In this document: positions 1 through 16,000 of the stretch, piece after piece
Numbering within the stretch: the first letter of the stretch is position 1
Layout of the letters: each line of letters opens with the position of its first letter
DNA from: Paragordius varius
Taxonomy: Eukaryota > Animalia > Nematomorpha
DNA: 64,000 bases
Assembly (NCBI GenBank): GCA_964247055.1
Contig: OZ176059.1
Location: 248,001 to 312,000, forward strand
Direction of reading: 5' to 3'
Translations under genes and position numbers: made by a program
Notes under the pieces: model-generated
Told to the model about the DNA's origin: nothing
The model's input: only the letters and a program-made list of their open reading frames with translations
The model's database searches: none

Positions 1-1431
1 TTATTTAATTAAAATTGCGCCCATAATCACACGCCACACTGTTAAAATCCATAAAATTTACTTTAAATGGTGATTTTATCTATATTTAAAAGTGTGATTT
101 TGCTGACACCATTTATATGAAAAAATCTATGCTTATTTAAACAAAAGCATATATAAATTGGTGTGTAACGATTCGTTGGGTGCGCCCTTTTAACTGTCAT
201 TTATTTTTATTCAAAATTAATTATTCCTAAAACATTTTGTCTTATTTTATTTTTTGGGTGTTTATTTTTCCCATATGGAACGTAAAGCCACTTTTTCGGA
301 TTTTGAAAGCTGGTTGGCGAATTTCTCTTTCTATAAATACTTAAATCAGTAAAACTCCATGTTTGGCCCTAAATTTGGCGTACTATGTTACATATCATTC
401 ATATTAATATATTACAATTTTTGAAAATGGATATATCCCGTAAGCTAATATTTAGTTGACTTACACGCACAATGAATATTTTATTGATTGAATGGATATA
501 GTTAGACCAAATAATAAAACGTATTAGTGTTTCCCCCTATCATATAAAATTTTGTATTTTATAATTTTTTTTTAAAAAATTATTTAGCATTTAACGAATG
601 CATAATCGTAACCAAAGCTAAAGTTATTCACCCCAACCACCTCCCTTTTTTTGTTTTCTTTTACTAAATTTTAATCAATCAAACTGCTGATTTTTTTGAC
701 ATTTTTACTTTATTTACCATTGGAATTATTATGGTACTTATTTTCTTGTATATATATGAACTTTTATTGGCTAAAGCCATATTTTTTAATGTATTGAGCG
801 GGGGAAGGGGGATGCCCTTTTTTAGCGCGAATTCCTATGAAATTTTGTTTAGGGTTTTTCAAAAAAGTGTATTGATGATTAATTTTTTTATACATATTAC
901 ATTTATAAATTTCGCCAGTTTTTCGTAAAGATAATTATCAACATTTTTACTTTGACAATAATATTAATAATTATAATTATTTTTATCATTTCTACCACTG
1001 TCTGTTATTGGACAAAAAATAAATTATTCCTTCAAAAAATTTTCAATATTAATGTCACTTTTTTAGTATTTGATATTTTGGTTCCCAAGGGGAACGATGA
1101 AATGTTGGGATCACATTATATATATAACACTGTAATAATAATAAATAATAATAATAATGTGAACTCCTCTTTAAACTATACAATAAATTATCTTTGTTTT
1201 TATATATTTAAGGTTTTTTTTCGGACACCAAAAATGATAATATATTTGTTAGCAACATAAGCACAGTTTTAATGACAAATTTTTAATGAGATATATAGGA
1301 GTTCTTTATAGGACATAATATTTACTAATCAATCTAAGTATCTCTAGGGATTAGCTTAAAGAATCTAAAATTTTGGGCTTAAAACGTTTTTTGTAATGTT
1401 CATAAAACCAGAATATTACCCTTATATTTAG

Positions 1432-4400
1432 CGTCTATTAAAACTGAGTTCAATGAGCCACAAAGCGAAACATCATAGCAATAACAAAGACGGTAATGGT
1501 GGAATAGGTGAATCCATACTTTTTCAACATCCAATTTATAGGTGGGTATATTGTTATAAATTGAAATTTTAAGACAAAACATAAAAATTAAATGATAAAT
1601 ATATTTTTATCAAAAGACAGCCATACTTTTTAAACCTTAATTTTTTTATATCTAACCTAGCATTTTGATTGGCAAAATAAAATGAAATAGATATAAATTG
1701 CTAACTTTTAAATTTTTACTCTATCTTTCTTGAGTACATTATTTTAGAGGAAAACTAATTAGTAATCTGATAAACCAACTTTACATATAAATGAACCAAA
1801 CAGGTATTTAATTAGATAGAAACATTTTACTTATATCATTAATTATGCGAAAGAAATTAATACAAAACTCCTTTAATAATATGATCGATCTTTTTAATAA
1901 TTACATATTTTTTAGGGTGTTTTACGTGTCTCACGATTCGCAAGATCTAAAAATATTCAGTTATATAGCACGAGATTGTGGAACCAATCTTTTCAAATGC
2001 AACGTATTTAAGGCGGATAAAAAGGTTTTTTACACATTAATTTTCGATGAAAAATAGTTGCTTAACAGTTTTATCTATGTTTATAGGAACAAGCCATGTA
2101 TATAGTTCGTACCATTGGGCACGCATTTGAAATTAGCCATAATATAAATGTTGACACAGGATTATTGAATAAAAATATGAAGCCCAACAAAACAAATATT
2201 GCCACAGAAAATAACAATCGTCCCAATCATGTATCAAGTAATAAAAATTGTGATAATATTAATCCTGGCAATAGCGAAAACGTCAAAATGTCGTGTAAAA
2301 ACAATACAGACCCAATAATATATCCGTTTGATAAAATTCAAAGTTCACCCACTAAATCAGATGGTAAAAAGGTTGAGGAAAATGGCAGAAATGTTAATTC
2401 TAAGCTAGTCGTGCATGAAAGTCCATTAATAAATTTGGACGATAATAATAATAACACCCATTTAGATAAAGATTTAAATAAAAAGAATTGTATTAATGAT
2501 GGCAATAATAAAGCAGGAAATCAAAATATTTCATCTCTTGATAACACAATGCCCTTAAGTAAAGACCAGACAATTATAAATCATTCGAATATTACCGCTG
2601 ACTATACGTTTGATTCAGCCATACATATGGATAAGGAAGGGGGCGATGAATGCGATATGGAATTGTGTCAGGAAAAAGCGCATATGAGAGGTTTGCAGAC
2701 TATGTAAAAATAAACCGAAAATGTTAATTATGAATAAATTTTATTTTGTTTTACACAATTTAGTAAGTTTTGCAGGTAATGTGTTAATTTTATTTAGTTT
2801 TTAATTATATTGGTATTACTCATAAAAATCTTTATAGGTACATCGATTAAAGTTCGCTTTATTTTTATATGTGGTGGCATTAGAAAAAGAGTGTCCAATA
2901 CATTTGTGTTAATTAGCCATTTAAATGATTGTGTTTACAGATAGCGGACTTTCCGGTTATTCAATAGCCACAACAATAAAATCAAGTTCACATCACAGTG
3001 TTAGTAATGGAAATCAAAATATTATGTCGCACCAAGAAGAAAGTTCCCAATTTTCGGATAAAAACAAAATAAATTCCGCCTTACTGGTAATTTTTATGAT
3101 GCATTAAATATATAAATTTATAAACAGAAAATGTATACACTTAATAACTGATATTTTTTTATAATCACAACTTGTTTTTTAATATAACGTATTGTTTTGG
3201 TTAGAGGTAAGTGATAACACTCAAAATTATATAGCATTTGCAGTTTAAAAAAGTTCTTGAACACATTTCAAATTGGTCCTCAATACTTCAATTAGTTCCT
3301 TGAACATTTAAAGTTGGTCCTTAATTTTATTTTCTTTCTATAAATACCATACATAATTCACCTATTCTAACCTATTATATTTTTTTATCCCAAACTTTTA
3401 AATTCAACTTTTATTCATATATAACCGTATATTTATTTTTTTAAAAATAATTTAATAATAATATTTTAACAAGTAATTAAAAAAAATTTAAGTTTTCTGG
3501 GTCATTTGGAATTATCGTTATTAACATCAGTAGATTATTGATAATGTTTGAAACATGGATGATGTTAATTTTGGATGAAATAATGCTGATTAATAAAGAT
3601 ATTAGGTTAAAATATAAAATAATAGAAATTATATGCAAAAATTATTGTTATACGCAAACTCCAAAAATTTAAGGAACAACTTGAATTGTTCAATGACCAA
3701 CTTGAAGTGTTCAACCAAAGTACTCAAAGACCAACTTTTAATGTTTAAGACCTGAACAAATGGTATATATGGTTCACAATGGTCATTTAAGTTATAAAGA
3801 TAATAGTCTTTTAGTTTTTACGTTTTGTCTTTGTAATTTGTAGATCCATCAACAAACAGATGATCCAATAAATAAGTCGTCGCATATTTTTTTGCATGAT
3901 ATTCAAAACTCACTGGTGTTAGATGAATTCATAGATGATGAATTTGAAAAACCATTTAATACCGCTGATATTGCCATAAATTTGGAAACAAAAAGACAAT
4001 GTACACAATCATCCACAGAGAGTGAGAGTTTAAGGCTAACTCCAACGCCCACACATAAAAATGTAATTTTAATTTTCATTAATGCTATATACAGCAGTGT
4101 ATGATGTAAAATATGTGTCAATTAAAAAAATAAACTAAATTTTAGTATATCGGGAAAAAAGTGTTAAAAAGCAATCGTTTTTGTTGTTTATCTGACCCAC
4201 TACTGTATATAATATTTTAAAAGTTTTTTTTAAATCATACTGCTTAGTTAGCACATATCTAATGCAATATTTTATGGTATTTAAGGGAAATTCAATACAA
4301 ACTACAATTGATATATCTGATTTACACGTATGGATTTCAAATTGGTTTCAGAATCATGTAGTACCGTCCCAAATTATTAATGATCATTGTTGTAAATGTT

Positions 4401-6380
4401 GTGAAATGCAATTAGTAAAGCCAACAAATAAATGTATATACACTATGATTAATACCAATACCAAAACTATAACGGAAACAAATGACCTTAGTAAATCCCA
4501 TCATTATCATTATTTAAACAGTGAACAACGCATACATCAATTGAATGGTACAAAAAATGTTTTATTAACACGTTCAGCTTGTGAATTATCAACATTGGTA
4601 GAAATAAGCACAAAAACACATGGAGACATTGAATTTCTAACGAAAAAACAACATATTCGCCACCCTAATAATATAAATAATTTTGGGCAAAATAATTTTC
4701 AAACAAATTACCAACAGCATCAACAACATACTGATCGAATATGTAAACCTAATTTAAGTGCCTGGATATATGTAATTAATCAATATGTTCAGAGGTATCG
4801 TCACAAGTTACAAATAACGCAAAGTCAAATCAATCATCTTAAAGAGCGCTTGCAACTTGAAAGTTGTATGAATAAAGAATTAAAGGTATACCTATATATA
4901 AAATTAATTGATTTTATTTTAACAGAAAATTTGGGCCCATATCAAATCAATTTAAATTAAAACATACTGAAAAAACGTAATAGAGACAATTTTTTGCAAA
5001 GACAACCATACTTTTTAATCTTGTTTTTTAAAATGTAAACCATTGTTTAAAATTGCAAAACTGAAACAGTGATGTATAATAGTAACGCAATAATACGATT
5101 GACATTAAATTAAGGAAAGAGTTAATAAAAAGCATGGTTGTCTAGATAAAAAATGTCTTTATATTTTATGTTTTGTCCGTATAATTTTAATTTTTACTGT
5201 AATCTAAACATAATAATTAATTAACCATTCGATTAATAAATAAAATTTATTTTTAAATTTTGCAGAGAAAAGTAACCCATCTTCTGGATCAAAATCGGGA
5301 TCTATTATTGTATTTAAAATCAGAAGTTAGTGGGAGAAACAGAACAAAAACTTTGGACATCAATTCCCCAAACATTAATAACCTGTGTATGGAAAATAGG
5401 CATAAGGAATGTTGCCAACATTATAAATATACGACACCAAATAATTCGGTATATTTTTTATGTATTAGTGACGAATAAGCGAGTGAAGTAATAATAAAAA
5501 TTTTGGCGAAAGGTTAACTTATTATCAGCTACTTCGAATGAAAAATAGAATTAGCAATAACCATGTTTGCGTAAAATATGATTGTTTTGTCATTAAATTA
5601 TTTGTCGTAGACATTACTGTTCTCCAGCTCCCATTATACTTTATAATAACCCATTGTGTTTTATGAAATAGATTAAATCGAACATTATTAAGTATGACGA
5701 AAGAAAACTAAAAAAGAATGGTCACATTTACAATAATCCTTCAAACAATTTCCATAATAACATTGATTATCTAATCTGCCAATCCAAAAGGCAACTGGGC
5801 AACAATAAATGTTTGCTGCATTTTAATAAAACAAAAAATTTTAATTCCCCTTCAATTAATTATAATGTACACCACGGTAAGGAAGGCGGATCAGTTGATG
5901 TTTTCAATAAAATTTGGGGATCCAGTGTCAACTATGTTCCAGATTCCGCTAAAAAGGGTACTTTTTTTATACACATGTTTGAATAATTATATTTCATGGA
6001 CCAATATCTTATAAATGTCATTTATTTTAATACTAAATGATTGTTGTAGCTGTGTTTACTAAACGGATTCGATTTTTTTAGCGTAAAAGTATATTTATTA
6101 AATTAATCATATTCCCCACATAAGGTAGGTTTAATAGATTACTGAATTCTTATATGAACAAACATTTCATTTAATAGTTATTGTATAATTTGCCAAAAGC
6201 GTAAAATAAGCATAACTCTTTTTTAAACCAACAGGGAATAATACCAAAAAAAGAATGGATGAAAATCCGTACTTAAGATCATCGTTTGAATTCAATGGAG
6301 TGCATGATGAACTCTATGAAAATAGCAATAATTTAATTACAAAAAAATCGCCGAATCCCAAAACAATCAAGATAAGATAA
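1432..6380 (+). CDS. NOS1AP: NOS1AP/CAPON-like PTB-domain adaptor protein (5'-partial, 9 exons in window)
   Basis: Phase-consistent GT-AG exons: 1432-1541, 1916-2024, 2087-2690, 2941-3086, 3844-4062, 4286-4885, 5266-5448, 5672-5957, 6235-6380 (stop). The spliced peptide [11 protein letters not shown]|[36 protein letters not shown]|[18 protein letters not shown] matches the CAPON PTB signature ([23 protein letters not shown]...AMRIVRTVGQAFE). [14 protein letters not shown] matches the CAPON coiled-coil segment (VHQLLLQNKDML). N-terminal PTB exons were not found and probably lie upstream of the window. The last two exons are less certain. Confidence 0.88.
3228..3768. mobile_element. Foldback family B copy (older) in NOS1AP intron
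   Basis: tatagcatttgcag...agttggtcc arrays; right end caaatggtata. Confidence 0.75.
4950..5201. mobile_element. MITE family A copy
   Basis: aaagacaaccatactttt ... gtccgtataattttaatttttactgta. Confidence 0.75.
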
Positions 6381-7069
6381 ATGGAATTTTGGAACAAAGC
6401 AAGCTTAATACAATCCCAGAAATTTTATTGGGTTTTTAATATTTTTATTCCTCATTGCCAAATTTTTATTGTTGACAATTTTTTTCTTTGCACATGTATT
6501 ATATCCATCTCCCATCATATAATATTGTTGTTATTAGTAAATTTTGTTGTTTATAAAATTTTTTCACAAAAACTATTTATTCAAATCATCAACAAAATTC
6601 ATATAAATATAGATATGCATAACAAATAACTAATTAAAAAAATATGATATAAATAACAAATTCGTTGATGGAAAAAATTAGCTTAAACATGTGGCTTTTG
6701 AATCGCTAAATCAAAATATTTTAGATTAAAAAAAGTATCACCGAGATTAAAAATTTTCATACGTTATGTAAATAACGTTTATAAATAATAGGTGTATATA
6801 ACGGTAAAATTTTAGCCCCTAACATCTAAACCCAATCTATATCATATAAAAATTACATAATATAATCGCTAAAAACTGTGGATTGTGTCTTTAATCATGA
6901 AAAAAAAACATAAAAAACCATTGCATTGTAAAAATATAAATTGTATAATAAATGGTTTTAATTAAAAATATTGCTTTGTAGTCGCATTAATGGTCATGAT
7001 AATTTTTTATATATAATCAGCTCTTTACCAGAATAAGAGTTTCTGGAACCAGATTACTTGCATTTTTCT

Positions 7070-10000
7070 TTAGTTTTTTAAATTTTTATGTGGGGGATTA
7101 TTAGTAGAAGGTATCCCATTTAAAATAAGACTTAGGTTTGAATCGATACTGCTACAAGAACCGTTGCGACTGGTCCCATGATCAACGTCGTACATATCCA
7201 ACTCAGGTAATTTTACCGGATTCAAATTATGGAGGGCCAGGTTGGATAACGAAAGGGACGCTACCATTAAATTAATAAAGTTAATATAAGATACCGTTAA
7301 AATAACTAGAATTATATACAATACTCTCCCCTTCTTATAACAAGCTCTCTTTAAAACTACACGCTAATAATCCTGCACTTTTCCAAAGTAAAATAAATTT
7401 AAACTAAAAACACCTCTCAACAAACATTTTGTTGACGGAATTCACATGACCAAAAATAGTTTGAAATATCTGCATAATCATAATTCTAATATACTATGTA
7501 TCAAGTTTAATATAAAATTTGGTATGTTTTAAAGTCATGCTTATATTAACCCATATATTTTTTCCAGGGACATTCACGAGAGCATGTTCCATTTATTTTT
7601 GTTACGTTAAAAAACAATGTGTGCAAATAACCAATATACAAAAATTATGTATATTTGAGACAGGGTCAAATATATAAAGACCTATGTCAGGGGTGCTTAT
7701 TTAACATGTGGTCCTCCGAGACATAAGTGACCCGTGATAAATTGAGAAATTAATAATCAAAAACATGCTCACGTAAATATTTTTTAATATTAGATACAAT
7801 TGGATATGAACTAGAAAATTTATTGTACTTTTACAGCCTTATGTAAAAAATCTAATAAAATTTTATGTATCCCTATAATGCAGCCCGAGCGTTTGTGTTA
7901 GACCCCTGGTTAAATATTAATAGGTGCAAGCTTTAGTATAAAAGATCTTGAAAAAGGGTTAAACCTTATAATATCTATATTCCCTTGTTAACAAATTATC
8001 AGATCTCATTGTAAATCCTTGGTTATTTTAAAATATAAACATCTCAATCAATAAATTATCATATCAATATTTTTAACTAAAATTTAATCAGTTTTGAATT
8101 AACTTTTTTATATGATTTTTTAAATATTGATAATATTACAAATTAACTTTCTAGCCTTTTAACGGCAATTATAATAAAGATTTATTATAAAGCTCTCAGC
8201 AATCCAATGATATAAATTACATATATATTTTTTATGCGCGCCATAATATAGCTGTAACCGATATTATATGATTTTAAGAATTTTATGTTTTTGAAAAAAG
8301 AAGTTTCATTACATTAAAACTACAACACTTTCAATATAAAACTATCCTACCTTGTGTGTTTTGTAAGCTAATGTCCCCTAAAGAATTGGTATTTTCGATC
8401 GTATTAGAAGGATCGTGTGGTGTAAGCGAATCATTCAGGATAGATAATTGTTTTTCAGTTTCTAATCGTGAAGTATTAGTACTGAGATCAGCAATATTTT
8501 CCATTAATTCCGTTTCCCGCAATTTAATTGTCAAATTTTTTTCGTCAATCTTCATTAAAAAGTATATAAAAAATAAATTTATGCAAATAATAACTCCATT
8601 TTTTTGCAAAAAATTAAAAACAGTGTTTCAAAAAGCAAAAATAGATTAAAAATGCATATATCTTACAAGACAAAATTCACCATAAATTCGTTGACATTAG
8701 GCATAAGTTTACCCAATTTACGTAAATTATAATATCTCATTAATAAATCACAAATGAACATTTACACTGCGAAAAGATATATTCTATATTAATAAATATC
8801 GAAATAATAAATGCGGTTAATCTAGTAAGAAAAGAATTATTCCATCTTTATATAACCAATATTAATAAATGCATTTTTTTCGTATTAGCACGAATTAATA
8901 CAAATACAATAAAATTGAATGCATCCACTCAATTTAGTTTTCCATTGTTTAAACACCATAATAAATTTATATTATTGACCAGAAAATTTGATATGTTAAT
9001 AAGAAATATTTAGTTAAACCGCTTTTGTCTTTTCTATATATGTTACAATGAAACTCTCAGCTATAAATGCACATCTAAAATTTTGTTCACACCATGATGT
9101 ATTTTATAATAATGCCAAAAATATATCTTGAATTATTCTATAGGAATATCTTAAGATATACTGATGTAAATGCAGAAAATGCATAAAATAATTTAACTCA
9201 TTAAAGCGTAGAAGTTTAAATTATATTCGTCACAAGAATAAGCATAAAAGCCTTAAAAATATCATTTAATAACCTAAAAATATAATTTCTTAAATTATAA
9301 TAATATTAATGGACCGAAAAACGAAAAATGTCAAACATAATTATTTTTTATAATATATAAATAATCTTTCTAATCAAAATATACCTGAGTTTTGAGATCA
9401 GATATTTCCCATTCTAATGTTTTAATTCTGTGTTGACTTTGAGCATCCAAGTTAACATATTCATCAAATTTTTCATGGCAAAATTCAATATTGTTTTGAA
9501 GTTCGTTACAAATTCTTACTTTTGCATTCAACTATATGATTTGAATAATTTCCAAGTTATTTATATTGACAAAATTAATTATAATATTAAGGATGAGGAC
9601 ACAATTTTTTTATTTTCAAAATTTTTTTTGTCAATGCATATATCCTAAAAACATTATGAGATAAATTATTTCCAAATTGCTTTATTATAGCAATTAACAA
9701 TCATAAAAAATATTATACAAGGTGTAATTTATACTTATTATCGCATTTAAAAATAATTTTAATCAATATAAACTCATCATAATTAATATGAGGAATTAAT
9801 TTTTTTAGTTTGTGGGATAAGCGGATTTTAGCAATCAAAAAAATGTCATGATGAACGGCAAGTACGGAATAAAGATGAAAATCAGCTTTGATAATTATAT
9901 TAGTGTCATTTCATAAGCAAAAATATTGATCATAAGGTTATCAAATTATCCAATAAAAATTAACATTATTAATTCAATCGTTCTTGTAGCAGTTAAACTG

Positions 10001-13000
10001 TTTGATCAAGGGGAAAAAACAAAAAATGAACTCATACTTATTAATTTATTTTACGTATAATTATATCTTTAATTTTCGACGTTTATTGAAAAGTCATTAT
10101 CGGAAAAAATAAAATGAATTATACCGAAATGTAATGACTTATATAGTTTCAAATAGGCAACATTAAAATACATATTGTATCCTATATACTTGTGTTTGTA
10201 AATCTATTAGTGTAGTTTGCAATTTTGCCATGTGAGCATTGTGAGTTAATTCTCGAAAACTAGATGCCATAACGTAATCCAATAACTCCCTAACTAATTT
10301 TCGGTCCTTTCGGCACATACTTTCATGTAACTGAGTTAAAGTTGACACATTTAGAGACGGTGTATGATTAATACCTATATAATAGGTGTTAATAAATATA
10401 ATGTTTCTACTAAAGCAGACGTGTGTCCAACATGCGGCATTCCGGGACTCTTTGTGCGGCACGCGAAAAATTTGGGAAACCATAATTTCAAAAATATTCT
10501 CATAAAATCTTGATAAAATTGATCTTTCGTAAGAAATTTTACAGAATAAGTCTATCCAATAGGCAACAAACTAGAAAAAATTGTTATATTGTGTTTGCAT
10601 TTTATGTTTGAAATCTGATAAATTATCTATAAAAGTCAATTTATTTAAATGCGGCCCGCCAGATTTTTTAAGTCAAAATGCGGCCCACGAAGCCATTTGT
10701 GCTGGACACCCCTGATCCAAAGTATAGTTAAAAATTAAAATAATAACTAAACACGAAAATCTATTTTTTGTTAAAGCAGGGCTATTTTTAAAGTCTTTTT
10801 TTCTTTACAACTTATGGGATTGGAATTGTGAAATATACACAAAGTTTATAATCTTATAGGTTATACTAGTTCTAGTTTCAAAAATGGTATTTTGTTAAAA
10901 GACTTAGATTGAAAGAGACTTTAATATTAGTAGATTAAATAACACAATAAACATAAAATACCTTTTATTGACTACTGCTAGCCAAAATATAAATAAATGA
11001 CTAGATATAAAAGCGAAAAGGAAATTATTATTTAGAAAAATAATTATATTGACTGCGGTATAACTATTGTTGAAATTCAAATAATAGTTGATTAAAAATG
11101 CCAAATAATTGTACGTTAAATAATTAAAATATTTTATTTATATTATTTTTAATATTATGTCGTGATAAACGTTGTTCTTTAAACATATGATCTAAAAAAT
11201 TTGCAAAATGCATGATTATGTCCTATATCTTCAACAAATCCTGATAAGCTATAATAGTTATTGGGTTTTTTTATAACGCACCATACAATGTAAATCATCA
11301 AAAATCAAGTCCATTGTCAATGATAAATATAATATATAATATGGTGTAATTCCAATGTAAACTTACCATTCGATTCATTCATGTCATTGTCTATTACTGT
11401 AATTTTTTTTATCAAACCATTTTTTTCTGGCATCACCCTTGAGCCATTCTTTGATTCGTTTGATTCAATGGGGGAATTTGATGGCACTTGATTATTATTA
11501 ATGTTAATTTTTGTATTGGCATTACTATGTATGACATTATAACTATCATCATTATCATTAACTGAAATTTTTGATTGAAAAGCACCATCACCCCCACCAC
11601 TCCCACCAGGGTTAAACATAAGGATAGTGTTAACGATTGTGTCATCGAATTCTGGTATGGGTATATATGACATAATAGTACGGTCCTTATTATCATCCAT
11701 CACATTTTCTGGATTAAAAAAGGCTAAATTATCATTGTCACCATGAGATACAGTGTAATTATTTTTAGCGTCCAAGCTTAAATGATCATTAGATGATGAT
11801 TTTGTTTTCAATGCTGTAGGAAGGAACGTGTCTGGTGTTGAAAATATTTTTTGGTAATTTGATCGGACCCATGTTATATACAGCTATAATAAAATAAATG
11901 ATATGATAAGTAAGTTTATACAATATAAAAATGCGTTGAATATTAACATAATATTATAAATGCAATATTTAATAACAAGATATGTGGGGTATCTATCTAA
12001 TAATGGTTAAAGTTGGAAATGTGTATATAATTCAATAATATTTTAGAAATAAAGAAAGTATCGGCCATATCTTATTAAAATAATATTAATTCTTAAATGT
12101 ATAAAAAATGACACTATTTATTGCAATCATAAATTCATAAATCAAAGGTCTTTCTTTACCTTCCATTGTAGGGCTAAACGACGAATTTGACCTTCGATAG
12201 CGGCCTGAGTTTCTTGCCATTCTACATCTTTAAGCCGAAGGAATTCAAGTTCACGCGTCATATTTTGGAGTTCTTGTTTGTGCGTTAAAGTAATCATTCG
12301 ATAATTCTGTAATATATATATGGTGTGGAGTTAATTATCTTTCTAACTATAATTATAACTCAATTTTTAAGAGTTTTTTTATGAAAAATAAAAAAACGAA
12401 ACATCTTTATTATTCATTATATGCAGTATCAAATAATTAACCTATTCTGGACGGCATAAAAATGCATAAAAAACCTATGGAGAAAACGATAATAATGGCT
12501 TATTTTTAAGCGTTAATATATGCTTTCATGAAAAACCCCATTTGGGGATAGGATATCTAGAATCAATCTTAACAACTAAAAGAATAAATAGCTCCCACAA
12601 ACATCTGTATAAAAATGGTATTTCTAATATATTTTTTACATCTTTTTTTTAAAATATAACTCATTGTTTTAAACTGCCAAGTATAATATAGAGATGTAAA
12701 TTGGTAACACAATTAACAATGTTTTTTACGATTGTAATTACGTGATTTTAATAGAATAAATTAAGGTTGAAAAAAAAGAATGGTTGTCTTTTGAAAAAAA
12801 ATTTGTCCTTCCATTTTTACGATTTGTCCGTATAATCTCAATTTTACTGTATATACATTAAATTGAATATTTATTATTATTGTAATTATAATTCAGCTAA
12901 AATTAAATGAATTGGTAAATTTTCGTTTACTGCTAGTAATCTTTGTCAAACGTAAAAAATAAAATCAAATTATAAATTAAAATATAAACTAAAATTTAGT

Positions 13001-16000
13001 TGTATATCAAGTTATTTTAATAATTAGTAATACCTTTTCAAGTATATCGTGTTCCCTTTTAAGTTCATGGAATGATGCTAGACATTCGGCTTCCCTATAC
13101 TTTACGGCTAAAAGTTCTTGTTCCAAAGTCTCAATGATTTCTATGTTACGTTGTTTTTCATCCTCCCATGATAATTCGCACTTTATATAATGTAATATTC
13201 AGATTAAATGGAGCACCTTATACCTTTGTAATGCCCCTATTATATGGCAAATAAATGGCTCATAATTTGCATCATGACTCTTTTTGAAATAAAAAAAACA
13301 AAATAAATTTATTTAAATATTAAACGATGATATCTAATTTATATTATTCAAGAGATATTTAAGATGAAAAAAAAATATTAAGTTACAAACATATTTTGAC
13401 GGTGTTATAATCTAAACCAGACATGGCCAACACGCGTCCCGCGGGGCGCATGCGGCCTTCGAGACTTTATGTGCGGCTTGCGAATTCCATAATTTGTGAA
13501 ATTATGCTGATAAAATCTTAGCTAAATCATCATTTATTAGACAATTTTTTTAATTTGGTTTATTCAATTGGCAGAAACTATAAAAATTTATGTCTGTTTG
13601 CATATTACAGTCATATGTTTGAAATCAAATTTATTATAAATGAATGCCCATATATTTATTTCAAATGTGGCCCGCCGGTTTTTTGAGTTTAAAATGAGGC
13701 CCGCGAAGCCATTTGTGTTGGACCCTGTACCAAATTCCAGGGATATATTCAGAGAAGATAAAAAGTTTAGGATAATAATTTTGATGAGCTATCCAGTTTA
13801 TAGCCTCTTTTTTTCGTAAAATCTATTATAAAAATGGGTCGGTGTATCAGCCTATAAAGTAAATTAGTTCATGCTAATGATCATAGACCTTTCCAAATTT
13901 TTAGACTAAATTTTAAACTATAATCGTTTATAATTGAGCACATCATCCCATCCCACAAACTTATATTTATGAGTATTGATACAAAACCATGGTAATAAGC
14001 CATGTATAATAAAATAATTAAATTTAATATTCATTTTTATTTTCAAATATCTGTAGGACATTATTAACTATCAAAACTTAACATCAATTAAATTTTGTTG
14101 AAATAAATAATATTTATAATATATTCTTAAAAAAGGGTCATGATACGAATAAAGAAAAACCCCTACATTTTTTTCATACAATCGTAATCATTACGAGTTC
14201 ACTGTATATGTTAAAAACACAAATTTCCAAATTTATACTTTGGTGTATAAAATAGGAAAAAATTACCCCTTCTTTAAGTTTGAGATGACGAATTTGTTCA
14301 AGGGCAACGGCCAAATTTTGATCTTTATCATCGAGGACTTGTCGGAGGACACGGAAATCCCGTTTAACCGAATAACTTTCTTCCGCAGCAAGTGCTCTAC
14401 TCACCTGCCCTTGTACCAATCTATCAGCTAATGAAGCACTTTCCTAAAAGTCAACATATAACAATGTAAAAAAGAAATATGTTGTATATAAAAATTAAAC
14501 TAAATTTAACTAACTGTATTTTATTATATATTATCAAGGGATGTTTTTTTCACGGGTTAAAATACAGTAAAAATTGAAAGGATACAGACAAAATGTAAAT
14601 ACATAAAGAAAAAAGGTTTTTTCAAAAGACAACCATACTCTTTCAACTTTAATTTATCCTATTACAACATTTAATAGCAACCGTAAAGTATGTGATTGAT
14701 TGTGTAAATAATAATATTTAAAAAGTAATTTATTAATTAATCTGCCTTTATATAATTTTTTTGTGTGAAATTAATATGCATGATACAAATAAAACAAATA
14801 TAATTTCCATAAGTATTTGAATACATGCAATATACAAGTAACTAATGGATAAGTTATTTACATAATACAAAAGTATAGATTTTCAAATATTATCATCACT
14901 AAAATTTGTATCATACATACAAAAAATATAATTATAATTTATACATAACATCACTACCCCTTTAGGAGAACCGCACCGGCTTCCGCCGTCTCTCAGAGTA
15001 ACGACGCTCGATCGGAATTTTATTAATTTTGTCATTATTACTATTTATGTTATCATTACATTTTATCATTATTAGTGTCATTACTATTATTGTTATCAAT
15101 GTTACCATTATTATTATTTCTGTTATTGTGGATACTACTATCATTATTAATGTTTTGAATAACTGGTGTAGTTGAGTTGGCGGATGGGTCTACGTGTTTT
15201 ATCTGGTTCGCTTGTTTTCTGACCATCTTATTGTTTTCCTGATCTCATAAGCTGTAAGAAAAAAGACCAGTTGTAGCGACGACCTCGCCTGCTTGCCATC
15301 CGGGACCCTGTTCGTTTTTAATCATTAACCGTTGGTCTATTGAAATCCTACGACGCGGACGGGGTGCGTCTAAGGCTGTTGTTTTTGTGTTAATCCAGGT
15401 CAGGGGTGTTTGAAAGACTCGTTTATAGAGCAGTTGGAAGGGAGTTTCTTTCGTGCTAGCGTGGATTTAGTTACGGTGAGACTATAAGGGAGTATTGAAA
15501 GCTTCCTTCGGTGTAATATTTAATTTTTGATTTTCTTTGCGTTCATTTAAGTCAAGATGAGATCCGGAGAGCGACAGTTAATGATATAATTTTGCAGAAG
15601 ACAATTAAGGCTACTCATAATCAAGATTGGAGTGATGTTGAGTTGGCTGGGTTTACGAACCGGAAAGTAGAAATTGCGTCAATACGTATTGTTAAGTTTT
15701 AACAATCGAATCATTATTACGGAAAGTTTACAGGCAAGTGTGGTTAATTATTTGCACAGCGATGATAATAATGGGGAAACGATGAAAGCGATGGCAAGAT
15801 TTACATGTTTTTGGCCAAAGTTAGAGAATGATTTGGTAAGAATGTACAGTCAATGTAGGTCGTGCCAGGTAAACAAGCCAAATTTATGTGAAAACCCCAC
15901 TTACCAACGGGATCCGAATGCTGTCATATGGGAGCGCTTACACATTGATATAGCTGGTCCAGTTGATGGGTATTTCTGGTAGTTAATTTTGACAGCGCAT

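Noticed and set aside
1085-1130. GNDEMLGSHYIY as a CAPON exon (ORF 952-1260)
   Set aside because: Wrong splice phase; exon 1432-1541 ([11 protein letters not shown]) fits both phase and homology.
8356-8649. Plus-strand ORFs 8356-8649, 14240-14431, 17680-17871, 35426-35823, 45898-46086 and minus-strand 3903-4121, 1400-1582, 63588-63785
   Set aside because: Antisense shadows of real exons on the opposite strand.
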